From: a virus
Taxonomy: Duplodnaviria; Caudoviricetes
Direction: 5' to 3' (one strand)
Virus record (IMG/VR): IMGVR_UViG_3300009619_000002
Location: 1-35,266 of that record
DNA: 35,266 bases
Notes under the pieces: generated by a model
The model's input: the letters and a program-made list of their open reading frames with translations, nothing else
Databases searched by the model: none
What the model was told of the DNA's origin: nothing
Shown here: positions 16,179 to 24,579 of the stretch, in pieces
How the letters are laid out: the number at the start of each line of letters is the position of its first letter
Position numbering within the stretch: the stretch's first letter is position 1
Position numbers and translations under genes: made by a program

Positions 16179-18203
16179 TCATGCGACGAACGAGATGCTA
16201 AGCCGCACCTCGAACTGTTCGTTGGCCGCCACGAAATCGCTCATCTTCTTCACCAGCCCGTCGTCGTGGCCGACGATATGGGCCGCGTCGGTACTGTTCT
16301 TCTTGAGGAATACCGGCTTCGACGAAGCGCCCGTGGTCACGTTGCGAATGTGCCCGGTACCCAGCATACCCTCCGCGGGCAGCGAATAGCCGAACAGCGA
16401 GCCCAGGCCGGTCACCGACAGGACGGAAGCCTGTGCCGAAGTCAGCGTACCGGCCAGAGTGATCGTGGCAGTACAGGTTTTGCCGATCACTTCGTATCGG
16501 ATGGACCGTGTCGTCCAGGCAGCTGCAAGGGCCGCGCCGGTCGAACCGTTCGACATGCCGACAATTGTGCCATCGTCGGTTCCCGAAGCCAGATTGTCGA
16601 AGGGGATGCCAGCAATCGAAATGCCGTTCTGGAAATCGGGTCGCGCGCCTTCATATCGCTTGCCGTTGAACCCGTCATAGGTGAACTGGACCGGCGCCAG
16701 CACATTCACCCGGTTGTTGCCGTTCACCAAGGCGAACACTTCGTTTCGCCCGCCTTGACCCTGATAGGCCCAGCCCGGGGCATATGTGAGCGTGCAGGTG
16801 TTCTGTGCGCCTTCCAGCATGAAGGCGCGGCCGTGAATATCGGTTGCGGTGTATCCGCCGCCCACATCGGCTTCGACGTATGAAATTTCGCAGATATTTT
16901 GCGTATCCGCACAGCGGATGACACCTTGCGAGAAGTGCCCTTGCGCGGTGGCCACTCTCAGCCAGTTTCGCACGCCGCTTTGGTTGTTGATCGCATAGCC
17001 GGTCACCTGGAATGCCGAGCGAACAAAAATCAGCATTCCGTTCTGATTGCGAAGCCCGCTTTCAACGTCGATGTAGACTGCATCGCCGCCACAGCGGGCT
17101 GCGCGGACGGTGATGTCTGAATAGTTGGTGCCGTTGCCCTCGGTCGTGACCAGCCCGACAGCAAAACATTTCGAGCGCTTCTTGCCGGTGGTCGGTTCGT
17201 TCGCCTGATTGCCATTGGCGGTGTATTCCGACCTGCCAGGGTAATTGTCGCCGCCGCAATAAGCGACGAACACATCACATTTGAAGCGCTTGCTGGACAG
17301 GATCGCCGGATAGTATTCGGTCATTCCGTTGTCGTTCGGATCATTCGAACCCTGACCCTGGATGCCGAGGAACACACCGCACCAATCGTTCACCAGAGAG
17401 GTGAAAGCGTAGTCGTTGCCCGCCTTGCGGATTATGCGGGCTTCGGCATTTGGCCCATGAATTTCGACGGGGCCGTGGTTGCCGAGTTCAACCGCTGATC
17501 CGAGGTAATATTCCTTGCCAGGTTCTGGCGCCGGAACCGTGACGCGCGCCGCCACGACGCTGGAATATCCCGCGGCATCGCATGCAGCCTGGAATGCCGG
17601 TTGATCGTCGGCGCCGGTCTGAGTGTCATTGTCCCAATCGCCCTTCGCGCCAAATGCGCGGACGTTGTAACTGCCATCAGGACCCGGCAGAACGTACAAC
17701 TTCACACCCCCTGCGGTGACAAGGTGGTGGTCGGCAGCGACAATCACAGCTTCGCGGTAACGGTGCCCGTCTGCATGCCATATCGATCCTGCGCCGCGCG
17801 CCGGAAAGACGGAAGCGAGCATATCAGCAACGGTCGGTTCACCGATGAGGTCGAGACCCTTACCGCTAGCGGGGGTGGCCAAGTCAATCGTCGGGGCGAG
17901 CGGGGACACCGGCGCCGAACCTGCGGCCGTTCGCTCATATCGCGAATAGGTGCGGGGGGTATCGCCATTCCAAACCCGGAAGAATTGCCCCTCAGGAGTT
18001 GCTTCTTCGCCCGCTGCCCTGCTTGGATATGAATGGCCTTGCAGTATTTCCTCCGCAGACGCCGCTGCAGCTTCGGCCCGGGCCGATGCCATATCAGTCA
18101 GCTGCGCAACGGTTGTCCTTCGCGTGCGTCCGCCCTGCACGATCGGCAGGGTTTCATCGCCCAACGGCGAACTGGCTTGGGGTAGGTCATTAATTTTTGC
18201 CAT
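16179..18203 (-). CDS. Tailspike/second receptor-binding protein with pectin-lyase-like beta-helix (putative depolymerase)
   Basis: NVRAFGAKGD...DDQPAFQAACDAA beta-helix cap; Asn/Gly-rich body. Confidence 0.8.
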   Translation of the reverse strand: MAKINDLPQASSPLGDETLPIVQGGRTRRTTVAQLTDMASARAEAAAASAEEILQGHSYPSRAAGEEATPEGQFFRVWNGDTPRTYSRYERTAAGSAPVSPLAPTIDLATPASGKGLDLIGEPTVADMLASVFPARGAGSIWHADGHRYREAVIVAADHHLVTAGGVKLYVLPGPDGSYNVRAFGAKGDWDNDTQTGADDQPAFQAACDAAGYSSVVAARVTVPAPEPGKEYYLGSAVELGNHGPVEIHGPNAEARIIRKAGNDYAFTSLVNDWCGVFLGIQGQGSNDPNDNGMTEYYPAILSSKRFKCDVFVAYCGGDNYPGRSEYTANGNQANEPTTGKKRSKCFAVGLVTTEGNGTNYSDITVRAARCGGDAVYIDVESGLRNQNGMLIFVRSAFQVTGYAINNQSGVRNWLRVATAQGHFSQGVIRCADTQNICEISYVEADVGGGYTATDIHGRAFMLEGAQNTCTLTYAPGWAYQGQGGRNEVFALVNGNNRVNVLAPVQFTYDGFNGKRYEGARPDFQNGISIAGIPFDNLASGTDDGTIVGMSNGSTGAALAAAWTTRSIRYEVIGKTCTATITLAGTLTSAQASVLSVTGLGSLFGYSLPAEGMLGTGHIRNVTTGASSKPVFLKKNSTDAAHIVGHDDGLVKKMSDFVAANEQFEVRLSISFVA

Positions 18204-18655
18204 CAGGTCGCCTTCCCGGTTTCAAACTGCGGCCAGTCGGCGTGATCTTTGACGGCGATTTCGCTCAGTTCGGTCGCTGAAGCGGCGGCGATTTCCGCCT
18301 CGATCCTTCCACAAGCGCAGCGGATTGCATCGATCGCTTCGAAGCGCCGCGCGCCGGCGGGCGTTGGGTCGCGCAGATCGTTGATTTGGCGCCATTCGGG
18401 GCTGAAGGCGCGAATGCGGCGCGACGCTTCAGCGCGGGTGGTAGAGATCAGTATCTGCCTGCGCTCTTCTATCTCGGGGAAGCGGGCGCGCGGGTGTCCG
18501 TTAGGTGTGGGGACAATCACTGCCCCCCTGGCCTGGGCAGACATAAGTTCGCGATGGCGGTCGGATGTCACTTCGACAGCATCGTCGGGTGTAGCCGCGC
18601 CGTGAATTTCCGAAGTGTAGAAGCCACCCGTTCTCGCGCTGTAAAACAAGCTCAT
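18203..18655 (-). CDS. Tail fibre assembly protein
   Basis: FYSARTGGFY...PDDAVEV...ELMSAQARG motif; follows H. Confidence 0.8.
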   Translation of the reverse strand: MSLFYSARTGGFYTSEIHGAATPDDAVEVTSDRHRELMSAQARGAVIVPTPNGHPRARFPEIEERRQILISTTRAEASRRIRAFSPEWRQINDLRDPTPAGARRFEAIDAIRCACGRIEAEIAAASATELSEIAVKDHADWPQFETGKAT

Positions 18656-18659
18656 GGGA

Positions 18660-19766
18660 TCAGTTTCCGATTGCCAGATATGCCATGGTGATGTTGTTCC
18701 CATCGCCGCCGACGGATACGTTGAACCCGGCGGCGTTCATGCCGGTGACCCACCAGGTTTCATCAGCTTCGTCCCCGCCATCGGGATCGCCCAAGGGCGT
18801 AAGCAGGACGCGGTAGCAAGCGTTGGGGAAAGCGGTGGGGAAGGTGTGGCTGCCGCCGCCCGCGAAGGCGACGGACACGGTGCCCGTCTTGATAAGCGAA
18901 CCGCCGAGCCCGAGGATCGAGCATGCCCCGCCGAAGGTTTGCGGAACCTGTGCTATTGCCTGGGGCGTCACCGCTTTCGAACTTGAAGATCCGCTCGCGA
19001 TTTCCGGTCCACTCGCTGCCGGTACGTTGATCTGGCGGTTGCCCGTCAAATTGCCGCCACCGGCGGCCAGCCCCGACCCGGTGATCGTGACCGCGCGCAG
19101 CGCATCGATCAGCGATCGCAGCGCCGCATCCTCGCTTCCCCGGTCTATGATTTCATGGGCGATGGTATCTGCAAGGTCGCTGTCGCCAGCAATTCGCGCG
19201 GCCTGTTCTGCGGCAATTGATTGCAGCACGGGAGCGAGACGGGCGGCGAGTTTCAGAGGGCTGACGATCGTTTCATCGTCCTCGCCGCCATCGACCAAGG
19301 CCTGGGTTGCAAGGCGGGCGACGCCCTTCACGGTTTCGGTGGCCGGCGGGTAGAGAAAGGTTGAATCACCGAAGACGATGTCCTCGGCGATGTCGCCCGA
19401 GAATCGCACGTCGAGAGCCAGCAGGAAATCGGCGATCGTGACCTTCACGAAGATCGGATCGGCTTGTCCGTAAGTGGCGAATAGCGTGCCATCGGACAGA
19501 TAGAGCCCGATGCCGCGCAGTTCATAGGCTTCGGTGGTCGCGTCGAGAGCAACCATATGGATGATGTCGGGCGCGACCGATTGACCGGTCACGCTGGCGA
19601 GGCGCTTCGTTTCGCCAGGGAGCGCGGTGAGCGTCGGCGCGGGATCGAACGCGGTTTCGGTCAGTCCGACTTCAACCACTTCGATCGCATCGGTGTTGCC
19701 GTTCTGGGCATCGACAAGCGCGTCTAGACCCGCATTGGTGATAACGAGGTCGATCGGTTCAGCCAT
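18660..19766 (-). CDS. H: Tail fibre protein gpH-like
   Basis: ITNAG N-terminus, IGLYLSDGTLFA, ATETVKGVARLAT repeat, C-terminal FPTAFPNAC gp53-like domain. Confidence 0.85.
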   Translation of the reverse strand: MAEPIDLVITNAGLDALVDAQNGNTDAIEVVEVGLTETAFDPAPTLTALPGETKRLASVTGQSVAPDIIHMVALDATTEAYELRGIGLYLSDGTLFATYGQADPIFVKVTIADFLLALDVRFSGDIAEDIVFGDSTFLYPPATETVKGVARLATQALVDGGEDDETIVSPLKLAARLAPVLQSIAAEQAARIAGDSDLADTIAHEIIDRGSEDAALRSLIDALRAVTITGSGLAAGGGNLTGNRQINVPAASGPEIASGSSSSKAVTPQAIAQVPQTFGGACSILGLGGSLIKTGTVSVAFAGGGSHTFPTAFPNACYRVLLTPLGDPDGGDEADETWWVTGMNAAGFNVSVGGDGNNITMAYLAIGN

Positions 19767-20409
19767 CGATTTCATGCTCCAGGAAGGTGCCTTCGCCGCC
19801 GCGCAAGGGCTCGCCGTCTTCGGTTTGCAGGTAGGTCGCCCAGAGCGGGTCAAGCGGAGTGGCCAGATCGGTCAGACCGTCCTGGCGGACGAAACCGGCG
19901 ATGTGGCCGCTGCCGGCAATGTAGGTGCCAGCCTGCACGACCAGGCGATGAACGGCCTTCATGTGCGCCCGCAGTGGCTTGACCGCCGCGATGTCGCGCA
20001 ACAGCGCTTCGACCAGCGCCTGATCGTACTGGACGGCGCTGTCGGCGGCCAAGGGAAGTTCGAGGCGGAAGGTATGCGGCTCGAGATTTTCCTTGTCTTC
20101 GAACCATTCGACCAGACCGATCATCGGATCGAAGCGGTCGAGAACTTCGCGCAGGGACGCCGGCGTTCCCTTGCGGCGCTGGGCTTCGATCGCGCCGGCA
20201 ATGGCGGTACGTTTTTCGGCTTCGGTCCAATCGGTGTCCCAGAAGTCGATCGATACGCCGAAGGCCAGAAATGGCAGAAGTTCGCGCGGGCAAGTGGCGG
20301 GATCCCAAAGCGAGCGGATCGGCGCGGGCACGTCGCTGAGCCGGGCGCTGGCATCGGCCAGCGAACGCTCGAGAAAGCTTGAACCGGGGGGAAGGAGGTC
20401 CGCGCTCAT
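19759..20409 (-). CDS. I: Tail protein gpI
   Basis: LLPPGSSFLE, LWDPATCP, KGTPASL motifs. Confidence 0.92.
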   Translation of the reverse strand: MSADLLPPGSSFLERSLADASARLSDVPAPIRSLWDPATCPRELLPFLAFGVSIDFWDTDWTEAEKRTAIAGAIEAQRRKGTPASLREVLDRFDPMIGLVEWFEDKENLEPHTFRLELPLAADSAVQYDQALVEALLRDIAAVKPLRAHMKAVHRLVVQAGTYIAGSGHIAGFVRQDGLTDLATPLDPLWATYLQTEDGEPLRGGEGTFLEHEIDG

Positions 20410-21308
20410 TCGGGCGAGACCTGGGCGCTGATCGTGATTTGCCGAGGTGCGGACACCTGGGTTCGCGCGATCAGAATGTCGGCAGCGGGTGACTGCAAGT
20501 CGACGCGCTGGACACCGCCCACGTGAAGGGCGGCGATGATCGCGCTGCGCGGAACGTCACGGCCGATGCGGCGTGCGCGATCGTAGAGCTCGCCGAGCGA
20601 GGCGGCCGCCTGTTCGAGAATGAAATTCTGGTCAGGGCCGGCAAAGACTTCGAGCACAGCCACGGTGTCAAAAGGTACGAGCTGGACGGCCTGTACGGTG
20701 ACCTGGTCAGTGAGCGGGCGAACGGTATCGCCTGCGACAGAAGCCTCGACAGTTTCAAGCACTTCGGCGGCCGGGACGCCGTCGCCCGAGCGCGAAAGCA
20801 CGACGACGACGACTTCGCCCGGGGCGGGACTGAAGGCATCGGCGTCGGCAACGTCCGGATCGGCGGAGAGGGCGTGGTAGCGATACGCACCGACGGGCCC
20901 TGCGACCGAATAGCTTTCGGGCGCGAGGAGTATCCGCGTGCGCAGGTCGAGATCGCTTTCGTAGACGGCAGCGGTCCCGGCGCCGGGATCTTCGGGCACG
21001 AGGATGAGGCGCGTGACGCCGAAGAGCGCGCCAAGCTGGTCGAGATCGGCACCCGTTGCCGAAGCCACCATGACCGCGCGGCAGGCTTCGTTGACCCGCT
21101 GGCGCAGGAGCAGCTCGCGATAGGCGGCGACCTGCAATACCTTGATCGCCGGATCGGCATCGCCGAGCTGGTCGAAGGCGGGATCGCGCGCGACGAGATC
21201 GGCCTTCATTGCAGCAAGGATCGTTTCGTAATCGAGCGGCTCGACGACATCGGGCGCGGCGAGGCGCGAGAGATCGACAGCGGTAGAGGAGGAAATGGAG
21301 CCGGGCAT
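20406..21308 (-). CDS. J: Baseplate protein gpJ
   Basis: DLSRLAAPDVVE, YRELLLRQRVNEA, SVAGPVGAY, VRPLTDQV motifs. Confidence 0.95.
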   Translation of the reverse strand: MPGSISSSTAVDLSRLAAPDVVEPLDYETILAAMKADLVARDPAFDQLGDADPAIKVLQVAAYRELLLRQRVNEACRAVMVASATGADLDQLGALFGVTRLILVPEDPGAGTAAVYESDLDLRTRILLAPESYSVAGPVGAYRYHALSADPDVADADAFSPAPGEVVVVVLSRSGDGVPAAEVLETVEASVAGDTVRPLTDQVTVQAVQLVPFDTVAVLEVFAGPDQNFILEQAAASLGELYDRARRIGRDVPRSAIIAALHVGGVQRVDLQSPAADILIARTQVSAPRQITISAQVSPE

Positions 21309-21354
21309 CGGGCGCGACTATGCGCTTGGCCCGGCAGGCGGGCGAAGCGGGCGC

Positions 21355-21380
21355 TGTTGTGCGAGCGCCCGCTTACAACA
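21355..21380. promoter_or_regulatory. Late-activator (Ogr) box upstream of J
   Basis: TGTTGT-N14-ACAACA. Confidence 0.8.
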
Positions 21381-21383
21381 TGG

Positions 21384-21602
21384 TCAGCCGGGTAAGGGGG
21401 CCGGGCCTTGGGTTTCCTGCCGCCGCAGCAGATCGACGACCCAGAAGTCCAGCCCGCGCAGCAGCGCGGCAAGCGTGTGCGGCGCGGGCTGGTCCTCGAG
21501 CGCTTCGAGCATTTCGGCAAGCCCGGCGATGGCGCTGCCGATATCGGAAATCTCGCCGATCAGTTCGGCCCGGCGCAGCAGGTCGGCATCGTGCCGGGTC
21601 AT
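21384..21602 (-). CDS. Small hypothetical protein (72 aa, MTRHDADLL...)
   Basis: ATGA-coupled to upstream ORF. Confidence 0.6.
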   Translation of the reverse strand: MTRHDADLLRRAELIGEISDIGSAIAGLAEMLEALEDQPAPHTLAALLRGLDFWVVDLLRRQETQGPAPLPG

Positions 21603-21850
21603 GCGATGCCGACCTTCGAGACGATATCGCTGCCGCGCTGGAGGACATCCTCGCAATTGAGCGGGCCGCGGCGCTGGTCGATGCCGTAGCGCAGCCGGCC
21701 GGGGTAATGGCCGGGATGCTCGCCAAGGTCGAGCGGGTCGTATTCATCATCGGTGTCCTCGAGGTCGGGATCACCGTCGACGGCATCGAGCAGGCCAATC
21801 AGCTGATCGATCGCGGTTTCGATCTCCGCGCGGGACGAGGTATCGAACAT
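21599..21850 (-). CDS. Small acidic hypothetical protein (83 aa, LLDAVDGDPDLEDTDDE)
   Basis: TGATG-coupled to upstream ORF. Confidence 0.65.
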   Translation of the reverse strand: MFDTSSRAEIETAIDQLIGLLDAVDGDPDLEDTDDEYDPLDLGEHPGHYPGRLRYGIDQRRGPLNCEDVLQRGSDIVSKVGIA

Positions 21851-21987
21851 CACGCACCCCCTGCCAGCGGTGAACCGTCGGGCGCGTAGCCATCCCACAG
21901 ACGGCGCAGCAGCGCGGCGCGGGTGGCGGCGGGAACCGGTTGCGGTGATTTGAGGGTGGCGGTATCGGTGCGTTTAGCTTGGGTCAT
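21850..21987 (-). CDS. 45-aa hypothetical protein (MTQAKRTDTATL...)
   Basis: GGAG SD; stop overlaps the next ATG; below ORF-track cutoff. Confidence 0.55.
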   Translation of the reverse strand: MTQAKRTDTATLKSPQPVPAATRAALLRRLWDGYAPDGSPLAGGA

Positions 21988-22015
21988 CGGACTTGTACTC
22001 CGTGGCTTGAGTTAG

Positions 22016-22084
22016 GGCCGGTGGAGAAGTTGGCGCTTCCCATCGGCCTGATTTGGTGTTAACCTGAATTCATGAGCAAGTCAA
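22016..22084 (-). promoter_or_regulatory. Sigma70-like promoter plus leader hairpin for the three-ORF cassette
   Basis: TTGACT(22084-22079)-N17-TAACAC(22061-22056), then hairpin GGCCGATGGGAAG-CGCCAA-CTTCTCCACCGGCC. Confidence 0.6.
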
Positions 22085-22251
22085 CTGGGGATAACACGAG
22101 ATCAACACGCCCTCCACAAAGGGGTGTACTCGTCGGCGTCCGGCTCCAGCCAGACGAGCTGGAACCTCTCGACAAATGGCGGAAAGCAGAGAGCGACGAG
22201 CCCTCGCGTCCCGAAGCGATTCGCCGCATCCTGAGAAAAGAATTCGGCTGA
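22072..22251 (+). CDS. Ribbon-helix-helix (Arc/CopG-like) regulator, 59 aa
   Basis: GVLVGVRLQPDELEPLDKWRKAESDEPSRPEAIRRIL; stop overlaps next ATG; below ORF-track cutoff. Confidence 0.75.
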   Translation: MSKSTGDNTRSTRPPQRGVLVGVRLQPDELEPLDKWRKAESDEPSRPEAIRRILRKEFG

Positions 22252-22571
22252 TGTGGGAAGCTGTCGTATTTTCCTGCTGGATCGGAACGATATTCGCCCT
22301 GATCATTGCCGAATGGCGGCATTCGGGGATCGACGCGATCGGCAAGTTCGGGGCTCCGGTCCTGCTGGTTGCATCCTTGCTCGGCATCGGGCTGTCGGGC
22401 TGGTTCGTAATCGCGATCTTTTGCATGGCAGCGGGCGTGGCCGCGGCCCCGCAAAGTGCCGCACGCAAGGAAGAGATAGCGCGCAGCAAGCGTGAGATGG
22501 CCATTGAGTTGGATCCCGCGACGCGCGCTGAAGAGCTGAATGCGATCGAGGAGGATCAGAGGCAAGGCTGA
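22251..22571 (+). CDS. Two-TM membrane protein (possible superinfection exclusion)
   Basis: MWEAVVFSCWIG...; two hydrophobic stretches and charged tail. Confidence 0.65.
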   Translation: MWEAVVFSCWIGTIFALIIAEWRHSGIDAIGKFGAPVLLVASLLGIGLSGWFVIAIFCMAAGVAAAPQSAARKEEIARSKREMAIELDPATRAEELNAIEEDQRQG

Positions 22572-22623
22572 TCGCTGCCGACCGGGGCGACCGGCAGCTG
22601 GGCGAGGCCGGGTTCATCCGCGT

Positions 22624-23112
22624 CTAACGCGACCACGCCGGGTTGTCGTCGAACCATTTGAGCAGTTCTTCGGTCAGCGCGTCCATGTCTTCGCTGTCGA
22701 GGCCCAGGAGCGGGCGGGCCGGGAAATCACCTTCGACCCTCCGCCCTTCCGAATCCCGGCCAACGGCCATCCGACCGCCGCTGTGGTGCCGAGCGGCGAT
22801 GGGATTGGCGAAATAGACCTTGGCACTATCGGGCGTAGCGTGGAATTTCAGATGATCCGCCTTGTAGAGGTTGCGGAACATCAGCCTGCTCTTGATCGTG
22901 CGCTTGCCCCTTCGGATGCGGCGCTTGCGTTTACGCGGGGCCATCTTGCCGCCATCGGGTTCGACATTGCGCTTGATCCGATCGCGGTTCCTGCGGCGCA
23001 GCTCGCGCGCGATCTTGACCGCGACTTTCTTGCGCTTCGCCGGCGAGAGATCGGATAGCATGGCATCGAAATACTCACCGACGACCTCCATGGCTTCCAC
23101 GCCTTCAATCAT
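22624..23112 (-). CDS. S: Tail completion/virion morphogenesis protein gpS
   Basis: RIKRNVEPDG, PARPLLG motifs. Confidence 0.9.
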   Translation of the reverse strand: MIEGVEAMEVVGEYFDAMLSDLSPAKRKKVAVKIARELRRRNRDRIKRNVEPDGGKMAPRKRKRRIRRGKRTIKSRLMFRNLYKADHLKFHATPDSAKVYFANPIAARHHSGGRMAVGRDSEGRRVEGDFPARPLLGLDSEDMDALTEELLKWFDDNPAWSR

Positions 23113-23585
23113 GAAGCCAGGTCCTCGCCGCCGATCACGAGGCCGGACAGACCAACCGCATCACCGATGCCTTCGAAACTGTCATCGATCGCCGGTTCGG
23201 GCAGATATTCGAACCCGTCTTCGGTCCGGCGCACCGCTTCGCTGAGCTCCAGCGAGAGCTGCAGATCGATGCGTTCGTCATCGATGATGTCCGCCTGCAG
23301 TTCCACCGGGCTGCCTTCATGCGACAGCAGCAGCTCGGGCTGATGGATCCGCAGCCAGTCGAGCACGAGCGCGAGGACGGTGTTGGCATCGCCCTTGAAG
23401 TCGAGCAGCACCGCCTCGAGCCGGTAGGCCCATTCGAAACTGGCGACACCAGTCGAGGTGCCGGGCGCAGGACGCGCGCGGACGCGGCCATTCTCGACAT
23501 AGACGGCGAGCCTGTCGCGCGCGCGGCCGTTGAATTCGGGAAAGGCATCGGCGAGATGATCGCGGAGGAGCTGGGGCTTGCGCAT
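23109..23585 (-). CDS. R: Tail completion protein gpR
   Basis: MRKPQLLR, SFEWAY, WLRIHQPELL motifs. Confidence 0.9.
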   Translation of the reverse strand: MRKPQLLRDHLADAFPEFNGRARDRLAVYVENGRVRARPAPGTSTGVASFEWAYRLEAVLLDFKGDANTVLALVLDWLRIHQPELLLSHEGSPVELQADIIDDERIDLQLSLELSEAVRRTEDGFEYLPEPAIDDSFEGIGDAVGLSGLVIGGEDLAS

Positions 23586-23591
23586 TTTTGT

Positions 23592-23617
23592 GTCCTACCA
23601 CTTCGTTGCTTGAGGAC
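23592..23617 (-). repeat. Hairpin repeat copy D overlapping the RBS of R
   Basis: GTCCTCAAGCAACGAAGTGGTAGGAC-ACAAAA-ATG. Confidence 0.9.
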
Positions 23618-23629
23618 CGGGGGACACAT

Positions 23630-23839
23630 TCAATCCCACAGCTGCACGATGTCGCGGGTTTCGGGCGCGGCGATCGCGACGTCCGGCAGGACGACGCGCG
23701 TGCCGAGGGGAAGGACCGGACCCAGATCGGCAATGCCGGGATTGGCTGCGACCGCGACTTCGACAACTCCGGCAGTGCGGCCGAGCTCGCGCCAGCAGAT
23801 GAGGTCGAGTGTGTCGCCTTCGATCGAGAGGACGTTCAT
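23630..23839 (-). CDS. X: Tail protein gpX
   Basis: GDTLDLICWR, ANPGIADLGPVLP, VQLWD motifs. Confidence 0.93.
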   Translation of the reverse strand: MNVLSIEGDTLDLICWRELGRTAGVVEVAVAANPGIADLGPVLPLGTRVVLPDVAIAAPETRDIVQLWD

Positions 23840-23946
23840 CGTCCTACCGCTTCGCTGCTTGAGGAGAGCATTTCCGGCCCTACCGCTTCGCTGCTTGAGG
23901 ACGGTTTTGCGCGTCCTACCGCTTCGCTGCTTGAGGACGGGGTCAT
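23836..23946 (-). CDS. Candidate 36-aa repeat-encoded coupling ORF (MTPSSSSEAVGRAKPSSSSEAVGPEMLSSSSEAVGR)
   Basis: ATGA overlap with the L stop and ATGA overlap with the X start. Confidence 0.5.
   Translation of the reverse strand: MTPSSSSEAVGRAKPSSSSEAVGPEMLSSSSEAVGR
23841..23938 (-). repeat. Three tandem hairpin repeats (E, F, G), 36-bp period
   Basis: Identical core TCCTCAAGCAGCGAAGCGGTAGG with 13-bp variable linkers. Confidence 0.95.
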
Positions 23947-24422
23947 ATCAGCTCGACCGAAGTGCGGGTGACGCCGAGCATGTCGCGTATCGCGAGGGTG
24001 GCCAGGCGGCGGAGTTCGCCGGCGGCATCGCGGCGGGCCTCGTTGCGTTCCTGGCCTTCACCGGTGGCGGCGATATCGGAATGGGTTTCGGCGAGTTCGG
24101 CAGCTGCGGCATGGAAGACCGCGCGGCGGTAGAGCAGCTCGACAGCCGGTTCGCCGTCGATCTCCTCGCTACCAACTGCACCGAGGGTGGCAGCGCCCGC
24201 CAGGACGTGGCCCGCCTTCCAGAGCCGGAGTTCGCCGCGGACCTGTAGCATCCCGCCACGAAGCGCGGCGCGTAGACGCGCAGGATCGACTTCTTCGGGG
24301 ATCCGCATCTCGGACTGGAAACCCGCGATCGACAGGCCCGGCCAGAAGGCATCGCCCGCGACGAGGTCGGCAGGATCCTCGAGGTCGGGTCCCGAGGGAG
24401 GAGAGGCTACGAAGCCGGATAT
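23943..24422 (-). CDS. L: Head completion protein gpL (apparent ATA start)
   Basis: (M)SGFVA...FWP...MRI...LYRRAV...AIRDMLG..TSVELI; AGGAGG SD 5 nt before ATA. Confidence 0.85.
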   Translation of the reverse strand: MSGFVASPPSGPDLEDPADLVAGDAFWPGLSIAGFQSEMRIPEEVDPARLRAALRGGMLQVRGELRLWKAGHVLAGAATLGAVGSEEIDGEPAVELLYRRAVFHAAAAELAETHSDIAATGEGQERNEARRDAAGELRRLATLAIRDMLGVTRTSVELI

Positions 24423-24542
24423 GTTAGCCTCCTATCGTAAGCCACGAATCCGGGGGTGAGGAAGCGCGCTGCGCGGGAACCGGGGCAAGCCCCGTTCGTG
24501 CATGTCTTCCGCCCCCGGGCGCCGTGGGGCAGATTTTTGTCC

Positions 24543-24568
24543 GTCCTACCGCTTCGCGGCTTGAGGAC
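24543..24568 (-). repeat. Hairpin repeat copy H in the M-L interval
   Basis: GTCCTCAAGCCGCGAAGCGGTAGGAC, outer stem extended by CC/GG. Confidence 0.9.
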
Positions 24569-24579
24569 GGGCGTTCGGT

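Noticed and set aside
15900-16179. Short minus-strand ORFs downstream of the spike gene (28 aa and about 48 aa)
   Set aside because: No recognisable features and one overlaps the plus-strand moron; possibly remnants, but unsupported
16179-19766. Tail-fibre diversification by DGR or invertase
   Set aside because: No reverse transcriptase, invertase, template/variable repeat pair or inverted recombination sites seen
23841-23938. CRISPR mini-array
   Set aside because: Linkers are only about 10-13 bp, the same unit occurs singly elsewhere, and there are no cas genes or AT-rich leader
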